From Octopus sinensis (Eukaryota), in assembly GCF_006345805.1 (NCBI RefSeq), contig NC_043013.1:13950001-14014000 (forward strand): a stretch of DNA of 64,000 bases, given 5' to 3'. Numbering within the stretch: the stretch's first letter is position 1; every line of letters starts with the position of its first letter. Below, piece after piece: positions 37,790-49,890 of this stretch. The translations under genes were made by a program, and so were the position numbers. Below the pieces are notes generated by a model that was not told where the DNA came from, ran no database searches, and was given only the letters and a program-made list of their open reading frames with translations.

Positions 37790-38235
37790 ATGATCATCAT
37801 CGTTTAACGTCCGTTTTCCATGATAGCATGGGTTGGACGGTTCAACTGGGGTCTGGGAAGCCAGAAGGCTGCGCCAGGCCCAGTTGATCTGGCAGTGTTT
37901 CTACAGCTGGATGCCCTTCCTAACGCCAACCACTCCGAGAGTGTAGTGGGTGCTTTTTATGTGCCACCTGCACAGGTGCCAGATGAGGCTGGCAAATGGC
38001 CACGATTGGATGGTGGCTTTTTCGTGCCACCGGTACGGGGGCCAGACGAGGCTGGCAACGGCCACAATCGGATGGTGCTTTTTATGTGCCACCGGCACGG
38101 AGGCCAGTCGGGGCGGTGCTGGCAACGGCCACGTTCGGATGGTTCTCTTACGTGCCACCGGCACTGGTATCTCAGCTACAATTTCCATTGATGTTGAAAG
38201 ATTTCGATTTTGATTTTCACTTGCCTCAACAGGTC
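37790..38235 (-). mobile_element. RTE-tail-type SINE with internal ~60-bp repeats (gtgccaccggcac...ggcaacggccac)
   Basis: catcatcgtttaacgtccgttttccatg...ggatgcccttcctaacgccaaccac...ttgcctcaacaggtcttcac. Confidence 0.75.
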
Positions 38236-39034
38236 TTCACAAGTAGGGTTTGTACAAATTATATAATTTGTATATGTCACTATATTTAGTTAGAAATTTA
38301 TGAGTCGGACAATTTATCAGAAAATTGCAACCAAAAAATATTTTTCAGAAAGATAAACTGAAAACTTTAATCATCTCTAATATAAATTGGACATGGGCAA
38401 TCGTTGTGTTATTTCTTGTCTTGAGGTTCACAACCAAATGGCTGGATGGATTCGCATGAAAAATGGCACACGTGGAGATGGGTGCATAGATTGGAATGCA
38501 GTTTGTATTTTTTTCCTAACCCCCATACTTACCGAGAAAATCGATTAAAAATTTTTCTGATGAATTCCCCTCTTTCTTCTGCCATTAAAAACAACCAGTT
38601 GCTTAGAAGCTGTTTTCTGAAGGGGTGGGGTCAGGAAATTTTCATACAGCTGGAGGCTCCAATTGAAACAGGGGACCCAAAACTATAAGCTTGAAAAACG
38701 CTGTTATAGATTATGCCTAACCAAAAACGATCATAGCCACATCATCCAAACAGACTGGGTGAAACTGGGCTTAGCTGCTAGTTTCATATAAACTTCTTTG
38801 AGATCATCTCTAGTTCCAGGTGTAGAAGCAAAACCTGGCATCAAATGACAGAGGTGATGAAAGGCAAAATTAATCTTAGTAGGATTTGAAGACAGAATGT
38901 AAACAGCTCGAAGAAATTATACTGCAAAGCATTTTACCGACAATCTAACAAATGTGCCAGCTCATCACTACTCAAAGCAATGATCCATATTAGGATTATG
39001 ACATTAAGAGACTCAATATAATCAAGCATTCTTT

Positions 39035-39400
39035 TACTTGTTTCAGTCATTAGACTGTGGCCATGCTGGGGCATCACCACCTTAAAGATTAATCAACTGA
39101 ATCAACCCCAATACTTGTTTTTTAAAGCCTGGTACTTATTCTATTGGTTTATTTTGCTGAACTGCTAAGTTACAGGGACATAAACACACCAACATCGATT
39201 GTCAAGCAGTGGTTGGGGACAATCCCCAACAAAGATGTACACACAAATACATAACCTTTTCAGTTTCTGTCTACCATACGAACTCCCAAAGTTTTGGTTG
39301 GCCTGAGGCAATAGGGGACACTCACCTAAGATGTCATGCAGAGGGATTGAACTAAGAACCATGTGGTTGGGAAGCTATATTCTTACTACAGCCATTCTTT
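39035..39400 (-). mobile_element. SINE family B, near full length
   Basis: Head (gaatatagcttcccaaccac...) through tail (...ccccagcatggccacagtctaatgactgaaacaagtaaaag) on the minus strand. Confidence 0.82.
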
Positions 39401-39471
39401 GCTTATGTATTATTGAAAACAAAACAATAAAAGTAGTAAATCTAGAAATTCTAGATCATTCTTAAGCTTAC

Positions 39472-39880
39472 CATTGAACAGCAAGATGTGGAGGCATGTT
39501 ACCATTTGAATCTGCAAAATGGGTATCAAGGCCAGGCTTCAAGAACATCTCTACCACAACAAACCAAATGCAGAGATCCATTTCCATGATTATTCATCAC
39601 ATTGACGTCAGGTTTAGACAGCTGTAACACTCCTACTATCTTGCTGTGTCCACCTTGACAGGCTGAATGCAGAGATGTCATTCTCCGGTTATTCATCACA
39701 CCAGGTTTAAACTTTGACATATTCACGGTGCCAATGCATTAACATGTTACATGCAAAAATGTGTTGCCGTGCTTGGTCACTGCATTGACGTCACAATTAG
39801 ATTGCAGTAACAGCTGTGTCACAGTATACAACCTCACAGGCCAGATATAGGGGAGGTCTACTACAAAAATCTTGATTTTT
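39472..39880 (-). pseudogene. Ankyrin-repeat exon, pseudogenised (about 4-5 repeats)
   Basis: Acceptor ttgacctctttcttttacAG (39881-39900) and donor GTaagc (39471). Peptide KNQDFCSRPPLYLAC / VTQLLLQSNCDVNAVTKHGNTFLHVTC* / MNNRRMTSLHSACQGGHSKIV...PDVNVMNNHGNGSLHLVC / DSNGNMPPHLAVQ; at least 2 frameshifts and a stop. Confidence 0.85.
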
Positions 39881-40140
39881 CTGTAAAAGAAAGAGGTCAA
39901 CATTTTAGCATTCAGTTTACTCTCAAATGTTATATGCTTATTTATTTGCATGGTTTTGAATTAACCATGCATTATCTTGTAGCTCTGAGATTGAATATGT
40001 GTTTACTTTTACATATTGTTTACATATTCGTTTTCTCCATACTTGTTAACACCCATCAGGCTGGTTTATTATCGTTTTTGTTCCCGGGAAAAGATCTTTA
40101 TATAGACCAAGTTTTGTATATTTGGAATCTACATGATAAA

Positions 40141-40530
40141 ACAGTATCGCCTGGCGTTACTCGGGTTTGTTTCGGCCCTTTAGAATTGGAATTTTTGAAA
40201 AGTAAAAATTTTGCATTATGTAGCTTGTTATTCTCTTTAAGTGAACATTTTTCTGGTTGAAATACACTGAAAAATGGTGACACAGCAGTCAAAAAATCGT
40301 AAAAAAATAGAGCTTTTCATAGAAAAAATGCACCTTTTTGATGTAAATAATTTTTGGTGTTTACATGGTCTGATTTGAATTTTTTCTTCTACGGAACGAA
40401 GAGCAAGCCTTCTTCTATCATACTCTCAATTTTGGTCAATTTGCGCTGTAGGGTCTCGGAGGAGATAGTGTTAGTTGAAGGCTACCAAACCTGCCATACA
40501 CAGACAACTTCAGCTTTATATATATAGCGA
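40141..40530 (+). mobile_element. Non-autonomous Helitron/Helentron-like element (second family)
   Basis: 5' hairpin cagtatcgcctggcgttactcggg and 3' cagacaacttcagctttatatatatag; same terminal architecture as 52210-53342. Confidence 0.6.
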
Positions 40531-41329
40531 TAACAATATAAAAGATGTAGAAAATAAGGTATGAGAGTGGAGTTGAAGCTGGATCATGTCAATGAGTGAT
40601 GTTATGCTAACCATTCAGGTAGTACTCTGTATGTGGTCTTGGATACCTGTATGTGTAGCAGCAGTAGTACCATCCCATATCTAGGATGGAACTACTGTGA
40701 TCCTCACTTCAGTTTTGATTATTGCAGATTTGACCATATCAATGCGTATGTAGTGTATGCCTAGCATTGAGGTTAAACTAGAAAAACTAAGCTGAATGAA
40801 TGTTCTGGGCTGTTTATCTACCTACATGAAATCATACATTTACACGTACCTAAACCTACTTACCTAGCTACTATCTATCTATCTATCTGTCTGTCTGTTG
40901 CCTGTCTTCCGTCCGTCTGTCTGTCTATCTATCTATCTATCTATCTATCCATACTTCTATCTGTTTGTCAGTCTGTCTAATATGTGCACTAGATAAATAA
41001 CAGACATGTTATGTATGTATGAAACTGGTTTGCACACACACACCACCACGTCTACTCTGCTAAAATACTTTTCTCAAACACGTCTGCTCTGCAACAAACC
41101 AATTCTTTTTTCTGTATATACATAAACCTTATATTAAAGTTCTCATACATATATATCCATCATTAGAAATTAACATTAAATATTTCAACATCAAGTTATA
41201 AATTTTCAAGGGAAGTAACTGCAATTTTTAAAACAATGTTTATCTTAGAGTTGATTCCCCTGTGTAACTGTCCCCCTTTCTTAATTCCAACTCTGTTTAT
41301 GTTGGAAGGTAAGATTCATTTTTGAATGG

Positions 41330-41969
41330 TGGTGGTGATGGCGTTGTTGTTATTGTTGTTGTTGTTGTTGTTGGTAGTGGTGGTGTTGGTGTTGGTGGTG
41401 GTGTCGGTGGTGGTGGTGGTGGTGGCGGTGGTGGTGGTGGTGGTGGTGGTTTCGATGATATTTAGGATAATGATAATTATCAAGATAATAAAGATAACGT
41501 TACACATCAACACTCTCCGCCTCCTCCTCCTCATCATCATCATCATCATTATCACCACCATCATCAGTAACCAAAAGAACACGCACACACACACACACAC
41601 ACCGCTGCCTTCACCATTGTCGCACACTTTTCTTCATTTCGAACACTCTTAACCACTATTACCACTACTACCACCACCGCCACTACTATCCCTACCACCA
41701 TCAACAACAACAACACAAACACTGACACTGCCACCACTATATCCACCATCTCTGCCACCGTCATCAATATTATTACCATCACCACGTACACCACCACCGC
41801 TACCACCATCGCCACCACCACCAACAACAACAACAATACCATCTCATCCATCGTTACCAACACCACTGTCACCACCACCATCACCTCCACCGCCTCTCCT
41901 GATACTATCATCACCATCGCCAACAACATCAACACTATCATAACTACCACCGCCACCACCACTACCATC
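41330..41969 (+). repeat. Direct duplication of GGT/ACC-rich block, copy 1 (partner 44232-44832)
   Basis: Shared unique core ttcgatgatatttaggataatgataattatcaag...gtcgcacacttttcttcatttcgaacactc... Confidence 0.95.
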
Positions 41970-41989
41970 AAAGAGGGGGGTCTTTGTGT

Positions 41990-42130
41990 GTTGGTGTCTT
42001 AATGTTCTTGTAACTCAGCGGTTCAGCAAAGAGTTCGATAGAATAAAAAGTACTGGGGTTAATTAGACTAAAAATTCTCCAAGGTGGTGCCCCAGCATGG
42101 CCGCAGTCTCATGATTGAAACAAATAAAAG
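41990..42130 (+). mobile_element. SINE family B, 3' part
   Basis: ...aaggtggtgccccagcatggccgcagtctcatgattgaaacaaat. Confidence 0.78.
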
Positions 42131-42739
42131 GTTAAAAAAAAAGATAAGACATTATCTAGTATGTCCCTCTTTTCCTTTTTAATCTCATCTATGAGATTTG
42201 AGGGAGTTTAACTATCATTTCTAACATGTCGAATGACTACGTAGAGGCCACTCTCGGTGACGTAGGTTGAAAGCGTCATTCATAGACGTCTGTTGATAGA
42301 TGAGAAGAATAAATTAGTGAAAAAATTGCAGAAAATATTTTTTTTTCAGAGACGTTTGAGACGGGAAGAGGCCATTTGATGCCAAAGTGGTCGAAAGAAC
42401 TCTTAATTAACGAACGTAACTGCACTTGAAACATTCTCCACTGGAACTATATTTAACATCAAAACAATTAACAAAGAGAGACTTAGAGCAAATATTGCAT
42501 GGCTCTCTGTTTTAAAATTGATGGCAGAAAGAAAGGGAGAGATAAAGAGAGAAAAAGGAGACTTTGAGAGAGTGTGTGGGGGGGGGATGTACTCGGTAAC
42601 CAGAGATTCTTATTTACGTAAGAATCATATTCTCATTAGCTCTTTAACAGTTGACAAGTCTTGTTGTTGTAGGTATTGCCGTCGTCGTCGTAATCGTCGT
42701 CGCCGCTGGTGTTGTTTCTACCGAAGGCTGAGCTGCAGT

Positions 42740-44110
42740 CTTTGAATGTATTGGGCCGGGAGCGCGTGTCACACAGTTCCGAGCAGATATATATGTGTGC
42801 GGCTTTCCAGCAGCACTTTGCCCGACTGTTTGGAACGAGCGATGTATCAGAGACGACAGTAGACGTCAGTTCTTGCCTCGATGGTCTGTCACATTTCTCA
42901 GCAAATGACACGAAATACTGTGAGAAGCTGCAAAAAAGCTGTCGAAATATCAAAAATAGATGATCAATTGCACAAGGCATAAATCATACGGTTTAGAAAT
43001 AGTCTGCCTTACAAATTCTACAGGTTCCATGTCAAACTTCTTTGGTGACTCCTAAGCTGCCGTCTACTGCAACTGACAGTTGAACGGGAGAATTCCTAGT
43101 ATTGCTAGCTGGGAAGTGATAACGCTGCCAAGAAATGATTGGCAAAGGGATCATCGTAGACAATCAGGCAATGCCTCTGTTAGACATAGACTTTAAGATT
43201 TGGGCTAATGAATTAGCGAAAAGTTTAGCAGAATGTCGTTGGTGGTCTGGTCAGTGAAGCGCAAACGTATTCTACACAACATACGGTGGGTTGGGAACAA
43301 AATGGGCTTCAGTGGCGCTCTGATCAATTTGGATTAATCAAAAGCTTTTGATAGGGTCAACCATCGATACTTGGAAGCCGTTCTTAAATTGGCCCGGTTC
43401 AGACGTGTTTTCAGAGATCGGGTCGCTGCATAATGCACAGCAGCATTTGCTCGTGGTCAAAGTAAACGGCTACCACTTCGAACAGTTTTGCATCGCACAT
43501 CCGGTCCGATAGGGCTTCTCTCCTTTTGCCTCTTCTGTACATGCTAGTTCTTGAGCTCCAACTGTGAAAGCTGGAACAGTTGAGTGAAAGGAGGAATCCC
43601 TTTCGAACTGGAGGGTCGTATTGACGTGTGCCACAAGACATCACCGATATTCATAGTGCAGACCAACCAAACCAGGATGCTCATATAGTCCTGAATATAA
43701 AGGTTGGAGTGGCATGGCTGGAATACCTTTTGATCATTGGCTTGCATGATCAGGATTGAACTACACCAGCTACAAAAATACTACAACAACACTATCTCAC
43801 CACCATCACTACCACCATACATACATACCACCACAGTCGTCCATACCACTACTACCATCGCCATCCATTCCACCCCTACCTTCAATACCACTACCACCAG
43901 GGTCGTATTGACGTGTGCCACAAGACATAAGCGATATTCATAGCGCAGACCAACCAAACCAGGATGCTCAACCACTTATCGCCGTTTGTATCTCAGCTAA
44001 ATTTAAGAGCTTTCGGCAGCATTCAGCACCTTTCACCGAGTGCTGCGACAGGCCATCCACCATTTTCAGATCACCACCCACTGTGAAGAGTTAAGGAAAG
44101 CGCCCATGGA
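42740..44110 (+). mobile_element. Tx1/L1-clade LINE RT remnant, interrupted
   Basis: MCAAFQQHFARLFG...; LLDIDFKIWA; ALINLD*SKAFDRVNHRYL; VKVNG...VR*G.SP. Many stops. Confidence 0.75.
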
Positions 44111-44231
44111 AAGCTGCAGATGTTGTCTGGGAGGGTGTGTTGGCAGTGGCAACGGCAGTGGTAGTGGCAGTGGCGGCGGGGAAGGAGATGGTGGTGGAGC
44201 GGGAGACGGCAGCGGTGGCGGCGGCGGTGGT

Positions 44232-44832
44232 GGTGCTGGTGATGGCGTTGTTGTTATTGTTGTTGTTGTTGGTGGTGGTGGTGGTGGGGTCGGTGGTGGT
44301 GGCGGTGGTGGTGGTTTCGATGATATTTAGGATAATGATAATTATCAAGATAATAAAGATAACGTTACACATCAACACTCTCCGCCTCCTCCTCCTCCTC
44401 ATCATCATCATCATTATCACCACCATCATCAGTAACCAAAAGAACACGCACACACACACACACACACCGCTGCCTTCACCATTGTCGCACACTTTTCTTC
44501 ATTTCGAACACTCTTAACCACTATTACCACTACTACCACCACCGCCACTACTATCCCTACCACCATCAACAACAACACAAACACTGACACTGCCACCACT
44601 ATATCCACCATCTCTGCCACCGTCATCAATATTATTACCATCACCAAGTACACCACCACCGCTACCACCATCGCCACCACCACCACCAGCAACAACAATA
44701 CCATCTCATCCATCGTTACCAACACCACTGTCACCACCACCATCACCTCCACCGCCTCTCCTGATACTATCATCACCATCGCCAACAACATCAACACTAT
44801 CATAACTACCACCGCCACCACCACTACCATCA
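44232..44832 (+). repeat. Direct duplication of GGT/ACC-rich block, copy 2
   Basis: See 41330-41969. Confidence 0.95.
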
Positions 44833-46019
44833 TTATCATCATTATCGTCATCACCCCCAACACAACTACTTCTAAGGAGACTTCAGCCAACGAAGGAACC
44901 CTTACATCAGAGGTTTCCAACCGGGGTGTCGTGACACCCTGGGGAGTGTGCTATAGACAGTAGTTACGGGCGCCTCGAGGTTTTTTAATTTAAATAACAA
45001 TTAACAAAAAGCAAATGTTAATACGGGTATCGGGTGGATCGAGGAGTCAGGGTGACCAGGTCAGAGACGTGTTGGTGACCTTTGATGTATGTAATCATTT
45101 AACTTGCTAAAAATGGGTGACAAGGAGCCCTCAAAAACCTCAGTACTGCTTTCTTTTAATGGTTAGGGGGGGGAACATGTAGTCCTGAATATAAAGGTTG
45201 GAGTGGCATGGCTGGAATACCTTTTGATCATTGGCTTGAATGATCGGGGTTGAACTATACCATCTACAAGAATACTACAATATTATCTCACCACCATTGC
45301 TACCACCATACATACATACCACCACAGTCGTCCATACCACTACTACCATCGCCATCCACTCCACCACTACCATCAATACTACTACCACCAGCACCATCCA
45401 TATAACTACAACCTCCACCATCCATCCATACCATCACCACCACCATCCATACATTCCCCAACATCCAAACCACCACAGACTCACACCACCATCAACACCA
45501 GCCATATTACCACCACCATCCATCCATATACCCCCCAACATCCATACTACCATCCACACAACCACCACCCATACAACCACCACCATCATCAATACTGCCA
45601 CCACCATCCTTACCACTACCCATACCCTTACTCCCGCCATTCATACCACCACCACCCATACCACCAGCACTACAATCATCCATACAATCACCACCACCAT
45701 CTATACCAACATCCATACTACCGCTACCACTACAACACTGCCACTGATGGTGTTGTAGTCGCTCCTGCAACACTATCGTCGGTACTACAATAACAAAACC
45801 ACCCGCCTCTTGAACACTACCACCACTACAACCACCAAAACCGCCACAATGCAATTGTTACAACAACACCACCACCACTACCACTTTAACACTACAAGTA
45901 CTACCAATTTTTTACCAATACACCACCATTAATACCATCACCATTAATACCATCACCATTAATACCATCACCATTAATACCACCACCACCACCGCTACAA
46001 ACCAGCATACAACTATTAT

Positions 46020-46200
46020 TTCTTGTGTCGGTCATTTGACTGTGGTCATGCTGGAGCACTGCTTTGAATGGTTTTAGTCGAGCAAATCGACGCTAGGGCT
46101 TTTTTTTAAACCTAGTACTTATTCTATAGGTCTCTTTTGCCAAACTGCTAGTTACGGTGTTGTAAACACACTAACACCGATGGTGGACATACACACACAT
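46020..46200 (-). mobile_element. SINE family B, 3' half
   Basis: Reverse complement ends gctccagcatgaccacagtcaaatgaccgacacaag. Confidence 0.8.
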
Positions 46201-46267
46201 ACATGTATGTATGTTTGTATGTATGTATGTATATATATATATGTGTGTATATATATATGAATGTATA

Positions 46268-46329
<62 letters not shown>

Positions 46330-46345
<16 letters not shown>

Positions 46346-47025
46346 ATAAACAGGGTACAAGACAAACACACAAGGAAAAATCCCCTTCATCAGCTGTCCC
46401 TAGTTCAACACCAGCGTGTTTTTTCGTTGTTAAAAAAAGGTCCGTTCCATGCTTGTTTTTACGTTTTCGTTTCTCGTTGAGTTCTACGTCTATTTGTGGT
46501 GTCCTGTACTCACGTATATATATTTATATATGCATGTATATATACATGTAGATGTAGGTACGTACATATATGTATGTATGTATGCATATATTTTATTTAT
46601 TACACTATTGTATGACTGAGCGCCCTCGCGTCGATTCGATTCGATTCGTTTCGTTTCGTTTCGTTTCGTTTCGTTTCTTCTTCTCTAAGCAAGTTTATAT
46701 ATATATATATATATTGTTATTATTTTTTTATATTTTTTTTACGTATTTTTGAATTTTTTTTTTTTTTTCGAGTAACATCGTCCGTTTTTTCCGTCACCGT
46801 GTTGTATACTTTCGAGGTTTTCTTCCAAGGAATCTAATGCGACTGGCTTAGATTTCCCTTGGCGGGCTGCCCAGATTGGAGCAATCTCAAGATTAATCAG
46901 CCGAAATTGCGAAGATGATCTGGTTCTTGACTGATGACTGAGAGCTTCGAAAGTCCCGTCTGTGTGTTTTTTTGTCGTCTTCAAAATGTTTCACGTTCTT
47001 GTCCCTGTTTGTGTTTTTTTTTAAC

Positions 47026-47074
<49 letters not shown>

Positions 47075-47380
47075 TAAATTAGGGTATCTACGAGATACCA
47101 CCTAGCTGAAAACAGCAGCCATGAACCGACTCTAAAACCACCTTAAGTTTTCATATAGCAACATGGAGAAAAGACAAAGAGACAAGATGAAACTAGTAAA
47201 AAATTATTGGATAATTCTAGATCCCGGATTTCTGACTTTGCATTTAGAAATGCTTTGCCTCGTCAATAGAATACACTCAGATGTTGTGATTTCAGTCACT
47301 TATAAAACATAAAGACCGGATAACTGGCTTTATGAATCCTAAGGCTCAAGAATTTTTTTTTTTAATGTTGCGTTTGAACT
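46330..47380. mobile_element. Cluster of PLE pLTR-like fragments separated by microsatellites
   Basis: Half-hammerhead (CTGATGA plus stem II, minus, ~46370-46395), (TTTCG)n, and a full variant hammerhead at 47214-47272. Confidence 0.45.
47214..47272 (-). ncRNA. Variant type I hammerhead ribozyme (UUGACGA core)
   Basis: Minus strand attcta-TTGACGA-ggc aaa gcattt/ct/aaatgc aaa gtc-a-GAAA-tccggga-TC-tagaat. 6-bp stem I, near-palindromic ATCC-G-GGAT, AUC triplet; C3U change and one extra A before GAAA. Confidence 0.7.
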
Positions 47381-47402
47381 GTTTAAGGTTTAATACTTGT
47401 AA

Positions 47403-47640
47403 GAAGGTGCATGGCTCAGTGATTAGATCGTTGGGCTCACAATCATGAGCTACAGAGTTCAATTCTCAGACCGGATTGTGTATTGTGTTCGTGAGAAAGA
47501 CACTTTATTTCACGTTGTTCCAGTTCACTCAGCTGTAGAAATTAGTTGCGACGTCACTGGTGCCAAGCTGTATTGGCCTTTGCCTTTCCATTAGGTAACA
47601 TCGATGGTTTGGAGATGGGAGGCTGGTATGCATGGACAAC
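47403..47640 (+). mobile_element. tRNA-derived SINE family C
   Basis: ggtgcatggctcagtgattagatcg...gagttcaattctcagaccgg (A/B boxes) followed by ...gacactttatttcacgttg... Confidence 0.7.
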
Positions 47641-48438
47641 TGCTGATCTTGCACGGACTTTTGTCTCGGAAGGGAACTTTCTAGGTGCAATCTCATGGTT
47701 ATGCATGATCGAAGTGGGGGCCTTTTTTCCAATTTACTTTTACCTGTAAGAAAGACATGAATAGAAAGAAGATTTCTGAGGGATTTTGTTCTTGGATGGA
47801 AGGACTAGGAATAATGGTTAGTATGGTATCGCAGATAGTTGGATGCCACAAAGGCGACGAGAAGTAGAAAGACGATTGGATTGCTCCTAGGAACAGAGAT
47901 TATGATAGTAGCGACAGGAAAGAAAGATGAGAGCATGCCAGAGGATAGAGTGTGTCCGTTAGTGATTAATTACCAATCAAGTGAGTGGTTCTACTCTGAA
48001 TGTGATACAAAATGTCCCAGAACGTGGAAGCAGTATTCCATTATTGCTATCGCTTCAGCCTAGCAGCGTCTCGACATTACCAGATACACTAAGTTTCCAT
48101 CTTAAAATTCCGACTGTCATCAACTTTCAACTGGGCTTGAACACACAACCATTATTTCTACAAGCAGGATTTCAACGATCTTAACCATTTGGGCTCAATT
48201 TCTACTGGATAGGAAAAATGAAAGTAGATTTTTTAGTTCTGCACTGAAACGATTGTGTGTAGTTGCTGTGAGATGCCGACAATTTGGTACGATTGATTGG
48301 ACAGTGAATTTGTTTTGGCGGCAGTACTTCCGGCACAAGAAGCAAACGCACGCACAAGTAGAAATGTACATATACAAATATAAAGGGTGAAAGAGAGAGG
48401 GGGAGAGAAATAAAGAAAGACGGAAAGAAAGAAAGCGA

Positions 48439-48479
<41 letters not shown>

Positions 48480-48484
<5 letters not shown>

Positions 48485-48605
48485 GGTTTGAAATTTTGGC
48501 ACAAGGACATCAATGTTCAATTTTTATTAATTTTATCGATCCTGAAAGGATAAAAAGCTAAGTCAACCCTGGCGGCATTTGAACTTAGAACGTAAAGACG
48601 GACAA
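48480..48605 (-). mobile_element. SINE family A fragment
   Basis: Reverse complement tctttacgttctaagttcaaatgccgccagggttgac... Confidence 0.75.
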
Positions 48606-48622
48606 TGATGATGATGATGATC

Positions 48623-48654
<32 letters not shown>

Positions 48655-48670
48655 CATCATCATGATGATC

Positions 48671-48723
<53 letters not shown>

Positions 48724-49085
48724 CATGATGATGATCATGATGATGATCATGATGATGATGATGATGATGCCCTGATGCAGTACCAGGTAGTGGCTCTCGC
48801 GGCTTTTGATGTATCTTAACTGATTGGAAGTGTTATCATGTACATTGTTTTGTCTTGGTATAAACGATGGGCTACAGCAAATATTCCGCTCAATACCACA
48901 GATTTGCTTGTCAGTTGTTTGACCTTAACCAGTTGAGCATGTCCCTAAGTGGCTGACGATATGTGCATCTCTGATCACGATCAGAAGTTGCGGGGGAGCA
49001 TCATAACCATGTGTTGAGGGGAATTCTTTGAGGCTTGAATAATTCACATTTGGAAACATGGGTGTTTCGTTCAACATCCTTAAAC
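48606..49085 (-). repeat. (GAT)n tract (48606-48770) abutting an unclassified interspersed repeat (48771-49085)
   Basis: The microsatellite is seen directly. The adjoining sequence ends ...gtactgcatcagggc-(CAT)n on the minus strand, suggesting a retroposon tail. Confidence 0.55.
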
Positions 49086-49327
49086 AAGCCTTATTCAAAA
49101 ATTCTATATATCTAGAGAAATTACTTGGTTCATCTTGATTACCTCCCTTCCATTACTTTTTAATATATCTCATTGACTCCCGATATATGTGCTAAATTAT
49201 TAATTTTTTTCTTTTTTTTTCCACAGTTAGTAAATATTATGTATAACATTTTCTTTTAATTCAACTCATTAAAAAATCACCATTTACTAGCTAATTATGA
49301 TTATATATTAATAGAAATGGATATATA

Positions 49328-49414
<87 letters not shown>

Positions 49415-49734
49415 AACATGAAATGATTTCTATATAAGATACTAATATTTATTGAAATCCTTTAGAAAATTATCTAAGAATATTTACTTAAATTTATAAT
49501 GTTGGCAAATGAAATAGAGATAAGAATGTGCGTTGTCCGTTTGATTGGAAAATTCTATAAGCAGCTGAAGATTGCTCGACATTTTAAAACTGATGTAATA
49601 CTTACAGTGTTTAATAAAATGAAGTAGCATGAAACAATTGTACTACTCTACCTCGGATATAATTGTTGCTTATTTTGATGATATATATATAGTAAAAGAT
49701 AAAAGATGTATATATATATATATATATATATATA

Positions 49735-49890
49735 CTTTTACTTGTTTCAGCCATTTAACTGTGACATACTGGGGCACCGCCTTGAATGGGTTTTAGTCGA
49801 ACAAATCCACACACGACTTATTTCTTAAGCCTAGTACTAATTCTATCGGTCTCTTTTGCCGAATCACTAAGTTACGGGAGCGTAAACAAA
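49735..49890 (-). mobile_element. SINE family B, 3' part
   Basis: Reverse complement ...aaggcggtgccccagtatgtcacagttaaatggctgaaacaagtaaaag. Confidence 0.8.

Noticed and set aside
41316-45854. V/M/T/H-rich ORFs resembling mucins or membrane proteins
   Set aside because: Translations of GGT/ACC/CAT triplet tracts, open on both strands, with no splice context.
46365-46400. Hammerhead on the minus strand (CTGATGA aggggatttttcctt)
   Set aside because: Stem II is present but no GAAA follows; a half motif at best.
46925-46965. CTGATGA...GAAAGTCCCGTC on the plus strand
   Set aside because: No convincing stem II, stem III or stem I pairing.
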